Shown: one piece after another, positions 47,913-57,995 of the stretch | Layout: each line of letters opens with the position of its first letter | How positions within the stretch are numbered: the stretch's first letter is position 1 | Source of the DNA: Candidatus Iainarchaeum sp. | Lineage (GTDB): Archaea; Iainarchaeota; Iainarchaeia; Iainarchaeales; JAXPJC01 | Length of the DNA: 64,000 bases | Direction: 5' to 3' | Assembly: GCA_016187745.1 (NCBI GenBank) | Contig: JACPJC010000005.1 | Coordinates: forward strand, 234,437-298,436 | Notes under the pieces: model-generated | What the model was told of the DNA's origin: nothing | The model's database searches: none | The model's input: the letters and a program-made list of their open reading frames with translations, nothing else | Translations under genes and position numbers: made by a program

Positions 47913-49235
47913 GTGGTTTTTATGGAAAGAATCCTTGCAAATGACATAGGCGAAAGGCACGCGGGAAAAAGCGTTCTGGTCAGCGGATGGGTTTCCGACA
48001 TCCGCGACCTTGGCGGGCTGAAATTCCTTATCCTCAAGGACAGGAGCGGAACGATACAGATAACAATGCCCAAGAAGGAAATGACAAAGGAAATTATGGA
48101 AACAGCGGAGCAGATAACGAAGGAAAGCGTCATTTCCGCCGAAGGGAAGGTCCAGGGCGCAAAGCAGGCGCCGAGGGGGGTTGAAATAATTCCCGAAAAG
48201 CTGCAGCTGATTTCGAAGGCGCAAGCGCCGATTCCGCTTGATTTGAGCGGGAAAATAAAATCGGATTTGAGCGTGAGGCTTGATTACAGGTTCCTTGATT
48301 TGAGGAATCCGAAGAGCCTTGCGATATTCAAAATAAGGAGCAAGATGTTCAAGCTGATAACCGATTTTTATGATTCGCAGGGATTTACAGCAATACAGAC
48401 CCCGAAAATAACAAGCGCGGGGGTAGAATCAGGCGCTGAACTGTTCCCTGTGGTTTATTTCGATAAGGAGGCATTCCTTTCCCAGAGCCCGCAGATTTAC
48501 AAGCAGATGATGGTATGCGCGGGCTTTGAAAGGGTCTATGAGATAGCCCCGGTTTTCCGCGCGGAAAAAAGCCATACAACAAGGCACCTCACTGAATTTA
48601 CCGGAGTGGACTTTGAAATGGGCTTCATAAGGGGCGAGAATGACGTTATGGACGTTATTGAGGGGATGTGCAGATATATTCTGGAGGGCCTTAAGAAGGA
48701 ATGCGCCCCAGAGTTTGAGATGTTCGGAGTCAATCCCACAATTCCAAAAAAAATCCCGCGCATTGAAATGAGCGAGATTAAAAAAATCCTTGCCGAGAAA
48801 TACGGGAAGAAGATTCCGGAGGACGAGGATCTGGATGCAGAAGGAGAGGAATTTGTCGGAAAATACATAAAGGAAAAATACAACGAGGAATTTGTTTTTG
48901 TTACAGCATATCCCTGGAAGAAAAGGCCCTTCTACCACATGCGCCCGGAGGGAAAGGCAGATTTGACAAAATCATTTGACCTTATTTGGAATGGCGTTGA
49001 AATAGCAACCGGGGCGCAGAGGGAGCACCGCTATGAAATCCTAAAGCAGCAGGCAAAAGAAAAGGGCGTTGATTTGGATGCGATGAAGAGCTATGCGGAT
49101 ATTTTCAAATACGGGGCACCTCCGCACGGCGGGGTTGGGTTAGGGCTTGACAGGATGGTTGAGCAGCTCCTGAAGCTTGACAATGTGAGGGAGGCAATCC
49201 TGCTTCCTAGAGACCCTGAAAGGCTCACTCCTTAA
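47913..49235 (+). CDS. aspS: Aspartyl-tRNA synthetase, probably non-discriminating
   Basis: RLDYRFLDLR, LSQSPQ.YKQ, FRAE.S.T.RHLTEF, GAPPHGG; Pro in the QAPRG loop; adjacent gatCAB. Confidence 0.95.
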   Translation: MVFMERILANDIGERHAGKSVLVSGWVSDIRDLGGLKFLILKDRSGTIQITMPKKEMTKEIMETAEQITKESVISAEGKVQGAKQAPRGVEIIPEKLQLISKAQAPIPLDLSGKIKSDLSVRLDYRFLDLRNPKSLAIFKIRSKMFKLITDFYDSQGFTAIQTPKITSAGVESGAELFPVVYFDKEAFLSQSPQIYKQMMVCAGFERVYEIAPVFRAEKSHTTRHLTEFTGVDFEMGFIRGENDVMDVIEGMCRYILEGLKKECAPEFEMFGVNPTIPKKIPRIEMSEIKKILAEKYGKKIPEDEDLDAEGEEFVGKYIKEKYNEEFVFVTAYPWKKRPFYHMRPEGKADLTKSFDLIWNGVEIATGAQREHRYEILKQQAKEKGVDLDAMKSYADIFKYGAPPHGGVGLGLDRMVEQLLKLDNVREAILLPRDPERLTP

Positions 49236-49294
49236 TATCGCTTATTGCCGTAAAAATAGATATATTTAAATACTGGTTTGCGCACAATTATTGC

Positions 49295-49912
49295 ATGGCA
49301 ATAAAGAGAGCAAGGTTTTTTGTAAGCAACCATGTTCAGGATGTTGGCTGCAGGGGATTTATAATCTCTGAAATGATGTTTGCAGGGTTTGAAAATGGCA
49401 ATGCCATAAACCTTTCCGATGGAAGAGTTGAAGTGAGAATTGAAGGGGAAGAGAATAAAATAAAGAGCTTTGTTGAAGAATTAGAGATAAAAATGATTGC
49501 CAAGTATGGCAACCCTGTTGTTAGGGTTTCAGAAACAGAATACAGCCCTGATTTGGGATTGCATGATTTGATGAAAACTTCCCAGGCGCACCTTCTTACC
49601 CAATTTGACAAGGGAATAGGGGTGATGAAAAGCATGGAAGGGCATTTGGAGGGGATTGATAAAAAGCTTGATGAGAAATTTGATAACCTTTCCAATAAGT
49701 TTGATGGACTTCCAAAGCAGATAGCAAACGAGCTCGACAGCAAATTTGACTCCCTTCCCAGGCGCATAGCAAACGAGCTCAACAGCAAATTTGACTCCCT
49801 TCCCAGGCGCATAGCAAACGAGCTCAGTGGCAAATTTGATTCCATAGACTCAAAACTTGATTCACTCCCAAAGCGCATGGCAGCGGAACTAAAAGCAGTA
49901 TTAAAAGGCTGA
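49295..49912 (+). CDS. Acylphosphatase-like domain fused to a repetitive coiled-coil tail
   Basis: VQDVGCRG and NLSDGRVEV; C-terminal KFDSLPRRIANEL repeats. Confidence 0.7.
   Translation: MAIKRARFFVSNHVQDVGCRGFIISEMMFAGFENGNAINLSDGRVEVRIEGEENKIKSFVEELEIKMIAKYGNPVVRVSETEYSPDLGLHDLMKTSQAHLLTQFDKGIGVMKSMEGHLEGIDKKLDEKFDNLSNKFDGLPKQIANELDSKFDSLPRRIANELNSKFDSLPRRIANELSGKFDSIDSKLDSLPKRMAAELKAVLKG
49697..49840 (+). repeat. In-frame 45-bp tandem repeat (about 3 copies)
   Basis: ATAGCAAACGAGCTC at 49721, 49766 and 49811. Confidence 0.9.
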
Positions 49913-49970
49913 ATCAGCCATTAAACCAAATTCTTTTAATTAAGTATTTTATTCTATTATACTGAGCAAA

Positions 49971-50264
49971 ATGCCAAAGCCGAAAATTGATGCAAAACTT
50001 CTTGAGAGTGTTGCAAGGAATTCAAGGATTTCCCTCACAGAGGGCGAGAGCAGGAAATTCCTGAAGGAAATGCAGGAAATACTGGATGCCTTTTCCAAAA
50101 TTGATGAAGTGAATGTGGAAAAAACAAGGCCCTCTTTCCAGCCGGTTGAGCTGAAAAATGTCATGCGCGATGACGCTGCCAAAAAATGCCTCACTCAGGA
50201 AGAGGCGCTTTCCAACACTAAGCACAGGGAAAAGGGCTATTTCAGGGGCCCGAGGGTTGTGTGA
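49971..50264 (+). CDS. gatC: Asp/Glu-tRNA amidotransferase subunit C
   Basis: NVMRDD, EEALSN, GYFRGPRV; precedes gatA. Confidence 0.9.
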   Translation: MPKPKIDAKLLESVARNSRISLTEGESRKFLKEMQEILDAFSKIDEVNVEKTRPSFQPVELKNVMRDDAAKKCLTQEEALSNTKHREKGYFRGPRVV

Positions 50265-51715
50265 GAGCAATGAATGCAATTGAGTTTGTGCAAAAAGCGC
50301 AAAATGCAGAAATTTCAGTTGTTGAGCACACCCATAAAATTCTGGAAGAAATTAAAAAGAAGAACCCCGCATACAACCATTTCAATTTAATTGCAGAGGA
50401 TTTTGCGATTAAGCAGGCAGAAGAGTTGGAAAAGCAGATAAGGCAGAACCCGGAAAAAGCAAAAAGCCTGAAGCTTCTCGGATTGCCAGTTTCCGTAAAG
50501 GACTGCATATGCGTTAAAGGAATTGAATCCCGCTCCGGGAGCAAAATCCTTTCAGGATACAAGCCTGTGTTTGATGCGACAGTTGTTGCAAAGGCAAAGG
50601 AGCAGGGCGCAATAATTCTTGGGAAAACCTCGCAGGATGAATTCGGCTTTGGCTCTTTTGGCACAAACACAGGAATTGATTTCAAGAAGCCAAAGAATCC
50701 CCATGATGTTTCAAGGGCGTGCGGCGGCTCCTCCGCAGGCGCCGGGGGTTTTACAGCATTGACTGAATTTTCCCATATTGCGCTTGGCGAAAGCACAGGC
50801 GGCAGCATTGCCTGCCCCGCAAGTTTTTGCGGCGTAGTTGGATTGACCCCCACTTATGGCAGGGTTTCGCGCTATGGGCTGATAGATTATGCCAATAGCC
50901 TGGATAAGATAGGAACAATAGCAAAATCCACAAAAGAAGCCGCATTATTATTGCAGATTATCTCCGGGAATGATGAAAAAGATGCCACTTCCCTTAAAAA
51001 TCCCGCTGAGAATTACATTGAGAATTTAAGCAGCCCGCTTAAAGGAATGAAGATTGCCGTAATAAGGGAATTTTTCGGAAAGGGAATAGATTCAGGGGCA
51101 AGCAAGGCCTGCTGGAGCGCGCTTAAGGCTGCTGAAAAAACTCTTGGAGTAAAATACGAGGAGGTTTCCCTCCCCCTGAATGCAAAATACGCAATTCCCG
51201 CCTACTATCTAATTGCAATGGCTGAGGCTTCCACAAACCTTGCGAAATACTGCGGAATGCGCTATGGAATGGAAGAGGAATTGAAAGGAAATTTTGATGA
51301 ATACTTCACTTCGGTGCGCTCAAAATTCTTCGGGGAGGAGGCAAAGCGCAGGATAATTCTCGGAACATTCACAAGGATGGCGGGCTTCAGGGATGCTTAT
51401 TATCTGCGCGCAATGAAATTGCGCACACTCCTCATTGAGGAATATGCAAAACTCTTCAAAAAATTTGATTTGATTGTGCATCCCACAATGCCTGTTGTTG
51501 CTCCGAAGTTTGATGATATAGAAAAGCTCACTCCGCTGGAAAATTACATGATGGACATTTGCACTATGCCCGCAAATTTGGCAGGATTGCCTCATGCAAG
51601 CATTCCTGTTGGAAAGAGCAGAAATATGCCAGTTGGATTGATGCTTACCGCTTCCCACCTGCAGGAAGCAAGATTAATCCGGGCGGCAAATGCAATTGAA
51701 GGGGCGTGCGGATAA
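50261..51715 (+). CDS. gatA: Asp/Glu-tRNA amidotransferase subunit A
   Basis: VKD, GGSSAG, ESTGGSI, GRVSRYGL amidase signature, RRIILG. Confidence 0.95.
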   Translation: MRAMNAIEFVQKAQNAEISVVEHTHKILEEIKKKNPAYNHFNLIAEDFAIKQAEELEKQIRQNPEKAKSLKLLGLPVSVKDCICVKGIESRSGSKILSGYKPVFDATVVAKAKEQGAIILGKTSQDEFGFGSFGTNTGIDFKKPKNPHDVSRACGGSSAGAGGFTALTEFSHIALGESTGGSIACPASFCGVVGLTPTYGRVSRYGLIDYANSLDKIGTIAKSTKEAALLLQIISGNDEKDATSLKNPAENYIENLSSPLKGMKIAVIREFFGKGIDSGASKACWSALKAAEKTLGVKYEEVSLPLNAKYAIPAYYLIAMAEASTNLAKYCGMRYGMEEELKGNFDEYFTSVRSKFFGEEAKRRIILGTFTRMAGFRDAYYLRAMKLRTLLIEEYAKLFKKFDLIVHPTMPVVAPKFDDIEKLTPLENYMMDICTMPANLAGLPHASIPVGKSRNMPVGLMLTASHLQEARLIRAANAIEGACG

Positions 51716-52464
51716 TGGAATTGGTTGTTCTGGGCTCAGGCACATGCGTTCCGAATTTGAACAGAAGCGAGAGCGCATATGTAATAAATGCAGGAAAACA
51801 CCAGCTCCTGTTTGACTGCGGGGCAGGCACAAAAAGAAGGCTGGCTGATGCGAAAATTGATTACAGAAAGATTGATTACATATTTCTCTCACACTCCCAC
51901 AACGACCACATAAATGACTTGCCGGCAATAATATGGTCATACAGTTATTTCGGCTCCCCGCGCAGTAGAAAATTAAATTTTATTGGGCCAAGGGGATTAA
52001 AGGAATATTTCAGGCTGTTATTAAAAATGTTGAAATTCAAAGACATAGTGCCTAAAATAAATGTTATGGAAGTCAAAAATAATACAATAAAAATTGACGG
52101 CATATCAATAAAATCAGCTCCAGTGCCCCATTTGCATGCGCAGAATTGCGTTGCATATCGCATAGAGCACAAGGGGAAAGCAATTGTTTATTCCGGCGAT
52201 ACCGGATATACCGATAAATTGATAAAACTGGCAAAGGATGCGGATTTGCTTGTTCTGGAGTGCTCAAACCCTGATGAGCTTAAATATTCTGGCCATCTCA
52301 TACCGAAAGAATGCGGGGAAATCGCGACAAGGGCAAATGCAAAGGCGCTGATGCTCACGCATTTCTATCCCGAAGCGGATAAGCCAAGCACAAGGGCGCA
52401 GGCGAGGAAAAAATACAAAGGGAAAATAATTATTGCAAAGGATTTGATGAGAGTGAAAATATAA
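51715..52464 (+). CDS. RNase Z-like MBL hydrolase
   Basis: LGSG, DCG.G, HSHNDH, YSGDT, THF; TAATG coupling to gatA and gatB. Confidence 0.8.
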   Translation: MELVVLGSGTCVPNLNRSESAYVINAGKHQLLFDCGAGTKRRLADAKIDYRKIDYIFLSHSHNDHINDLPAIIWSYSYFGSPRSRKLNFIGPRGLKEYFRLLLKMLKFKDIVPKINVMEVKNNTIKIDGISIKSAPVPHLHAQNCVAYRIEHKGKAIVYSGDTGYTDKLIKLAKDADLLVLECSNPDELKYSGHLIPKECGEIATRANAKALMLTHFYPEADKPSTRAQARKKYKGKIIIAKDLMRVKI

Positions 52465-54320
52465 TGCAAGAAGCAAAAACCGGCGCATGGGTGAAGGAAT
52501 ATCTGCACAAAAGGAAGGCGCGCTTCAAGTTCCTTGAGCACGAGGCCGTTACAAAGCCAGTTGATAGCGCGCGCGTAAGGGGAGTTGCGCTCAAGCAGAT
52601 TGCAAAGGCGCTTGTGTATATGGCCGATGGGAAGGCAGCGCTTGCAATTCTGTCCGGGGACAGGGAAGTGGATGAGAATAAACTGAGGCTTGCGCTGGAT
52701 GCTGAGAAAATAAGGTTTGCAGGAAGCGCGGAGGTCAAGGCGCACACGGGGTGCGAGGTTGGATTGGTTCCTCCGGTAATTGAAAAAATCCCCAAAGTGA
52801 TTGATAAAAAATTATTGGAAAACGAATTTGTTTCATTCAATGCGGGAATTGCGACAGCAGGAATAATTATTGGAGTGAAAGAATTGTTGAAAGTTTTGGA
52901 CAATTGCAAACAGGCGGAAATCTCATTCGGGAAAACAATCATCGGGCTGGAAGCGCATGTGCAGCTGAATACCCAAAGCAAAATGTTCTGCTCCTGCCCG
53001 ACAGAAAGCGCGGAGCCGAATTCCGCATGCTGCGAAATCTGTTTGGGAATGCCGGGGAGCAAGCCCATGCTGAACCGCAAGGCAGTTGACTATGCGCTTA
53101 AATTAGCATTAGCGCTCAACTGCAGGATAAATAATGAATTCTTCTTTTCCCGCAAAACATATTTCTATCCGGACATGGCGAAAAACTTCCAAATCTCGCA
53201 GTACGAGATTCCGCTTGCGGTTGACGGCTATGTAAATCTGCGCAGCGGAAAGAAAATAAGAATCAGGAGAATTCACATGGAGGAAGATCCCGCGGCGCTT
53301 GTCCATGCGGAGGGATTGGGAACTTCAGAGGCAGCGCTTGTGGATTACAACAGGAGCGGAATCCCGCTTGTGGAAGTTGTAACGGAGCCGGACATGGCAA
53401 GCCCCGAGGAGGCGCGCGCATTTTTGGATGAGCTCATTACAATTCTGGAGTATCTGGAAATATTCGTTTCCGGGAAAAACGCGATGAAGGCAGACAGCAA
53501 TATTTCAATTGAGGGAAGCGAAAGGGTTGAAGTGAAGAACATAACCTCCTTCAAGGGGGTTGAGAAAGCGCTTGCGTTTGAGGTATTGCGCCAGAAGAAC
53601 ATGATCAAGCACGGGGAGAAAATTGTCAGGGAAACGCGCGGGTTTGATGAGGGCACAAGCACAACAAAATCCCTGCGCTTAAAGGAAACCGAGGAGGACT
53701 ATGGATATATTTTCGAGCCTGATTTGACAAAGATTGAATTGGGCGAAAAGGCAATAGAAGATGCAAGGAAGGCGCTTCCCGAACTGCACGAGGCAAAGGC
53801 ATTGCGCTTCGCAAAGCAATATGAAATTGACGAATACACTGCGAAAGTGCTTGCTTCCGACCCGCTTCTCGCGAATATTTTTGAGGAAGCCGCAAAAACC
53901 GCTGATGCGAAAATTGCGGCGCCTTTCCTCACAAGGGAGCTGCTTGCAATACTGAACCATGACAATCTGAATCTGCGCGATGCCGGGCTGAGTGTGCAGC
54001 ATTTGGTGCAACTGCTGAAGCTCCTTCAGGAAGGCAAAATAACCGAGAAGAGCGCAAAGGAAACAGCAATAAAAATGGTGCATGAGAAGGTTGCTCCGCT
54101 GCAGTATATTGAAAAAATGGGCTGGACAAAATCAATGGGCGAGAAGGAGATTGGTGAATTGGCTGATGAAATAATTACGCAGAACAAAAAGGCAGTTGAG
54201 GATTATAAAAACGGGAATGAGAAGGCGTTCCACTTTTTGCTCGGGCTTGTTGCAAGAAGCGCAAAGGGAAAGGCTGAGCCGCGAATTATTGAGAAAATAA
54301 TAAAGCAGAAGATCGGCTGA
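52464..54320 (+). CDS. gatB: YbaK/ProX-family deacylase domain fused to GatB
   Basis: First ~155 aa: IAKALV, TGCEVGLVPP, SFNAG; then IGLEAHVQL.T.SKMFC, RKTYFYPD, DYNRSG.PL.E in one frame. Confidence 0.9.
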   Translation: MQEAKTGAWVKEYLHKRKARFKFLEHEAVTKPVDSARVRGVALKQIAKALVYMADGKAALAILSGDREVDENKLRLALDAEKIRFAGSAEVKAHTGCEVGLVPPVIEKIPKVIDKKLLENEFVSFNAGIATAGIIIGVKELLKVLDNCKQAEISFGKTIIGLEAHVQLNTQSKMFCSCPTESAEPNSACCEICLGMPGSKPMLNRKAVDYALKLALALNCRINNEFFFSRKTYFYPDMAKNFQISQYEIPLAVDGYVNLRSGKKIRIRRIHMEEDPAALVHAEGLGTSEAALVDYNRSGIPLVEVVTEPDMASPEEARAFLDELITILEYLEIFVSGKNAMKADSNISIEGSERVEVKNITSFKGVEKALAFEVLRQKNMIKHGEKIVRETRGFDEGTSTTKSLRLKETEEDYGYIFEPDLTKIELGEKAIEDARKALPELHEAKALRFAKQYEIDEYTAKVLASDPLLANIFEEAAKTADAKIAAPFLTRELLAILNHDNLNLRDAGLSVQHLVQLLKLLQEGKITEKSAKETAIKMVHEKVAPLQYIEKMGWTKSMGEKEIGELADEIITQNKKAVEDYKNGNEKAFHFLLGLVARSAKGKAEPRIIEKIIKQKIG

Positions 54321-54337
54321 GGTCCGCAACAGAAAGT

Positions 54338-55435
54338 CTATGTTTCCATTTCAGGCTCGGGATAGCTGAATACCTTGTTCTCGTAATTGCGCATTATTAT
54401 GCCCTTCTTGGTGCGCTTTACAATGTAATTCGGGCTTATGGGAATTTTTCCCCCGCCGCAGGGCGCATCAATGACAAACTGCGGGACTGCAAGCCCCGAG
54501 GTAAAGCCGCGCAGCGATTCAATTATTTTTATGCCATTCTCAACCTTTGTGCGGAAGTGCTCTGTTCCCCGGACCAGGTCGCACTGGTAAATGTAATAGG
54601 GCTTTACGCGCATTTTGAGCAGCTTTCGGTTAAGGTCCATCATCACTTCAGGATTGTCATTTACCCCGCGCAGCAGGACACTTTGATTGCCGAGAGGAAT
54701 GCCCGCATTGGCAAGCAGCTCAAGCGCGCGCTTGCTCTGGGGAGTCAGCTCCTTCGGATGGTTGAAATGCACATTGATGTAAAGCGGATGGTAGCGCCTG
54801 AGCATTGCGCAAAGTTCAGGGGTAATCCTCTGGGGGAGGGTGCAGGGAACGCGCGTTCCAATGCGTATGATTTCAACATGCTCTATGCTGCGCAATTCCT
54901 TCAGTATGTGCTCAATCTCCGAATCCTCAAGCATTAATGGGTCTCCCCCTGAAACAAGGACGTCCCTTATTTCGGAATGCTCCCTTATGTAAGAAATGCA
55001 TTCGGCAATCTGCTCCCTTGTTATTTTCCTGAATGGCTTTCCTATTCTGCGCTTGCGCGTGCAGAACCTGCAGTAATTGGCGCAGTCATTGCTAACCAAA
55101 AGCAATACCCTGTCAGGATATCTGTGGGTTAGGCCCTCAACAGGGGAATCCTTCTCCTCGAAGAGCGGGTCTGCAACCCCGACATCATCCTTGAGCTCCC
55201 TTGCATCCGGAACGCACTGCTTCCATATCGCGTCATTTTCATTCTCAATAAGGCTCAGGTAATATCTGCTTATGCGCATCGGATAGACCCCTGCAACTTC
55301 CTTAATTTCCTCAACACTTATGTTGAGGTGCTTTGCAAGCTCTTCCGCCCTGGTTATGCTTTCCTTCGCAAGCGCGCGCCATTCCTCAGGCCTTTCCTTA
55401 AGGAGCTCTGCTTCCATTGTCTTGTTTGCTATCAT
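54338..55435 (-). CDS. Lysine 2,3-aminomutase (KamA-family radical SAM)
   Basis: THRYPDR, CANYCRFC, SGGDPL, HFNHP, YQCD, DAP.GGGK. Confidence 0.9.
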   Translation of the reverse strand: MIANKTMEAELLKERPEEWRALAKESITRAEELAKHLNISVEEIKEVAGVYPMRISRYYLSLIENENDAIWKQCVPDARELKDDVGVADPLFEEKDSPVEGLTHRYPDRVLLLVSNDCANYCRFCTRKRRIGKPFRKITREQIAECISYIREHSEIRDVLVSGGDPLMLEDSEIEHILKELRSIEHVEIIRIGTRVPCTLPQRITPELCAMLRRYHPLYINVHFNHPKELTPQSKRALELLANAGIPLGNQSVLLRGVNDNPEVMMDLNRKLLKMRVKPYYIYQCDLVRGTEHFRTKVENGIKIIESLRGFTSGLAVPQFVIDAPCGGGKIPISPNYIVKRTKKGIIMRNYENKVFSYPEPEMET

Positions 55436-56904
55436 TGCTGCAATGCCTCTTTTGCTATTCCTGCGATCTGCCTGTGCATCCTTCTTGCGGCGATTCCCTC
55501 ATTCACGCTTTCCGCAATCCCGCTTGAGAATCTTCCGGGCAATTTTCCCATTGAAAGCTCATTGTCAAAAATGCCCGTCATTTTCTTTTTTATGTGCTTT
55601 GGCATTGTAATTGAGTCATAAGTGCCGAAAAAGCGCTTGTAGAGCACATCCTCGTTCTTCTTCACATCCTCAAGATACAATTTCCTGAATTCATCAATCA
55701 GCGCGCCGGAAGCGCCGTTCTTGTATGCAAGGTAAAACGCGAAGAGAAGCTCATCCTTATTCGCTCCGGATGCATCCCATCCTATCATTTCCCCTGTGGC
55801 ATTCCCGAAGATGCTGTAAACATTCCTGAACTCGCTGTTGAACATGTTTGATTTGAATCCCACCCTTCTTGTGTCCAGCCCGCAGGCTTTCATGAAAACA
55901 AACATCCTTGCGCATTTCGAGCAGTGCTCGCACCACGCATTGTGCTTCCCGAATTCAGTTTCGTCAGGGAAGCAGGACATCTGGTATTTTGCAATTTCCT
56001 TGTAGCGTGAATGCAGTATTTTTATTATCGCAAGCTCGTTTATGGGCTCAACAACGCTTATCGTATTTACAATCCCCCCGCTGAACTGCCTTGTCATCTG
56101 GTTCAAATGAACAAGCCACCCGTGGCTCTGGTCATATACCGGGAAGCACTTGAACCCGTCCTTTCCAACATAGTAATCCTCGCAGCTCTTCTCATTCCCG
56201 AAAACAATGTATTTCGCCCTCTGCGCATGCGCAAATGGCAGGGCATCCATGCCATATTCGGTAATCAGGTGCCCATAGCCGAATTCAGTCTTTCCAATAT
56301 TCCAGTACTCGTAATCGTGGAGCAATCCGGTTTCATTGTAAAGCTTGTTCACTTCTGTTCCGAACTCCCTTGAGAACTTTTCCATGTGCGCATCCTTGTA
56401 ATTGTTTTCAATTGGGCAATTCGGCTCCGAAACATAAACAAGGCTGGTTTTAATTCCTATTTCCTCAAGGAGGGCATGGCTCAGCAGGCTGTCCTTCCCG
56501 AATGAGAAATTTATAACCGCCTTTTCCTCGGGATTCCAATCATAAGGCTCGTAATTCACAGGATCCGGCTCATAGCTTGAGAACCTGAATTCCGCGTTCA
56601 TGAGCCTCCTTAAGTATTCGCCCGCCTCAACCTTGTCAATGTCGGCGCAGAAGGGGAGATGGTTCAGCATCATCTTGAAATAGAATGGCTCAAATGCGGG
56701 AATTGCGGTATTGTATGAAATCTTGTTCGCATTGAGCATAACCGGGAGATGCATGGTCATTACATATGTCAGCTCGTTTGCAAGCGCCCTTTTCGCCGAA
56801 TCCGGATAATTTTCCCATACCCCCTCCGGGTATTTCAGGCAGTATCTCTTTCCCTTAAGCTCAAGCCTTATGCCGTTCCCTGTTATTTCCGAATTGATTT
56901 TCAT
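55432..56904 (-). CDS. PP-loop ATPase resembling the MurL peptide epimerase family
   Basis: SFGKDS PP-loop, GNEKS, QMSC, WCEHCSKC. Confidence 0.55.
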   Translation of the reverse strand: MKINSEITGNGIRLELKGKRYCLKYPEGVWENYPDSAKRALANELTYVMTMHLPVMLNANKISYNTAIPAFEPFYFKMMLNHLPFCADIDKVEAGEYLRRLMNAEFRFSSYEPDPVNYEPYDWNPEEKAVINFSFGKDSLLSHALLEEIGIKTSLVYVSEPNCPIENNYKDAHMEKFSREFGTEVNKLYNETGLLHDYEYWNIGKTEFGYGHLITEYGMDALPFAHAQRAKYIVFGNEKSCEDYYVGKDGFKCFPVYDQSHGWLVHLNQMTRQFSGGIVNTISVVEPINELAIIKILHSRYKEIAKYQMSCFPDETEFGKHNAWCEHCSKCARMFVFMKACGLDTRRVGFKSNMFNSEFRNVYSIFGNATGEMIGWDASGANKDELLFAFYLAYKNGASGALIDEFRKLYLEDVKKNEDVLYKRFFGTYDSITMPKHIKKKMTGIFDNELSMGKLPGRFSSGIAESVNEGIAARRMHRQIAGIAKEALQQ

Positions 56905-57995
56905 TCAGCCTGCACCTCTTTCGCGAATTCATGGGCGCGCATTCCGGCATCAATCCCATGGCGCTTCAGCGCGGCATTAAGCACCTCATTTACCATTTCA
57001 TTGTATCCCAGGCCCCCGAGCCTTGCCGCCTTCACAAAATATGAAATGTATTCAATTTTCGGATTCAGCCCGGGGAGCGGATTTACCTCAAGCACATTCG
57101 GGATGTTGTTCTCGTCGCACCTTATGTCAATGCGCGAAAAATCCCTGCAGTTCAAAGCCTTATAGGTCTGAAGCGCGGCCTCCCTTATCCTGTTGCGCAA
57201 TTTCAGGGACAGGTTTTTCGGCACGCAGGAATTCTCATCCTTGTCGACAATGAACTTGTTCTCAAGCGTGAACGCAAGCTTTGAGTGCTCGTATTTGTCA
57301 AGGCATATTTCAATTATGGGGAGTATGCGCGGGTTTTCATTTCCAAGGATTCCTACCGTGAATTCCCTTCCGGTTAAAAAGCGCTCAACAAGCGCCGGCT
57401 GCCTGTAGGTCCTTATGATGGAATCCGCCTGCTGCCTTAGCGCGGTTTCATTCTGCACAACCGATTCAGCGCTTATGCCTATGCTCGAGCCTTCCGCAAT
57501 CGGCTTTACAATAAGCGGGAAGCGCAGGTCCTGCCTGATCCTGTCATTTGCCGAATTGAAAACCTGGTATTCTGGGGTTTTAACCCCGTGCTGCAGCAGG
57601 ATTTCCTTTGTCCTCGCCTTGTCAAGGGTTATTGCCATCGTTATGGGCCCCGAGCCGGTGTAGGGGATTCCAAGCATCTCAAGCATGCAGGGGACATGGC
57701 TTTCGCGCGCCTCGCCCCTGAGCCCTTCAGCAATATTGAAAACAATGTCTATGTTCTTGCTGTTTGTTTTTATATTCTCAACGGCATTCCTGTTCGCTTC
57801 AATGAGTATTACCTTGTGCCCTGAAAGCTCCAGCGCATCCTTTATCCCCAGAATCACATCTTCGGAATCATATTCGGTCTCAAGGTAATTGCGCCCATGG
57901 GTTGCATGAGCCCTCTGAAGATTGAAAACAAGCGCAACGCAAAGCTGCTTCTTCGCATTTTCCCTTTTCATGAAGCAGCGCCCCCGGAAGCGCAA
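56901..57995 (-). CDS. D-Ala-D-Ala-ligase-like ATP-grasp enzyme
   Basis: FNIAEG, GIPYTGS, VKP..EGSSIGI, GREFTV, RIDIR, LEVNPLPG. Confidence 0.9.
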   Translation of the reverse strand: MRFRGRCFMKRENAKKQLCVALVFNLQRAHATHGRNYLETEYDSEDVILGIKDALELSGHKVILIEANRNAVENIKTNSKNIDIVFNIAEGLRGEARESHVPCMLEMLGIPYTGSGPITMAITLDKARTKEILLQHGVKTPEYQVFNSANDRIRQDLRFPLIVKPIAEGSSIGISAESVVQNETALRQQADSIIRTYRQPALVERFLTGREFTVGILGNENPRILPIIEICLDKYEHSKLAFTLENKFIVDKDENSCVPKNLSLKLRNRIREAALQTYKALNCRDFSRIDIRCDENNIPNVLEVNPLPGLNPKIEYISYFVKAARLGGLGYNEMVNEVLNAALKRHGIDAGMRAHEFAKEVQAE

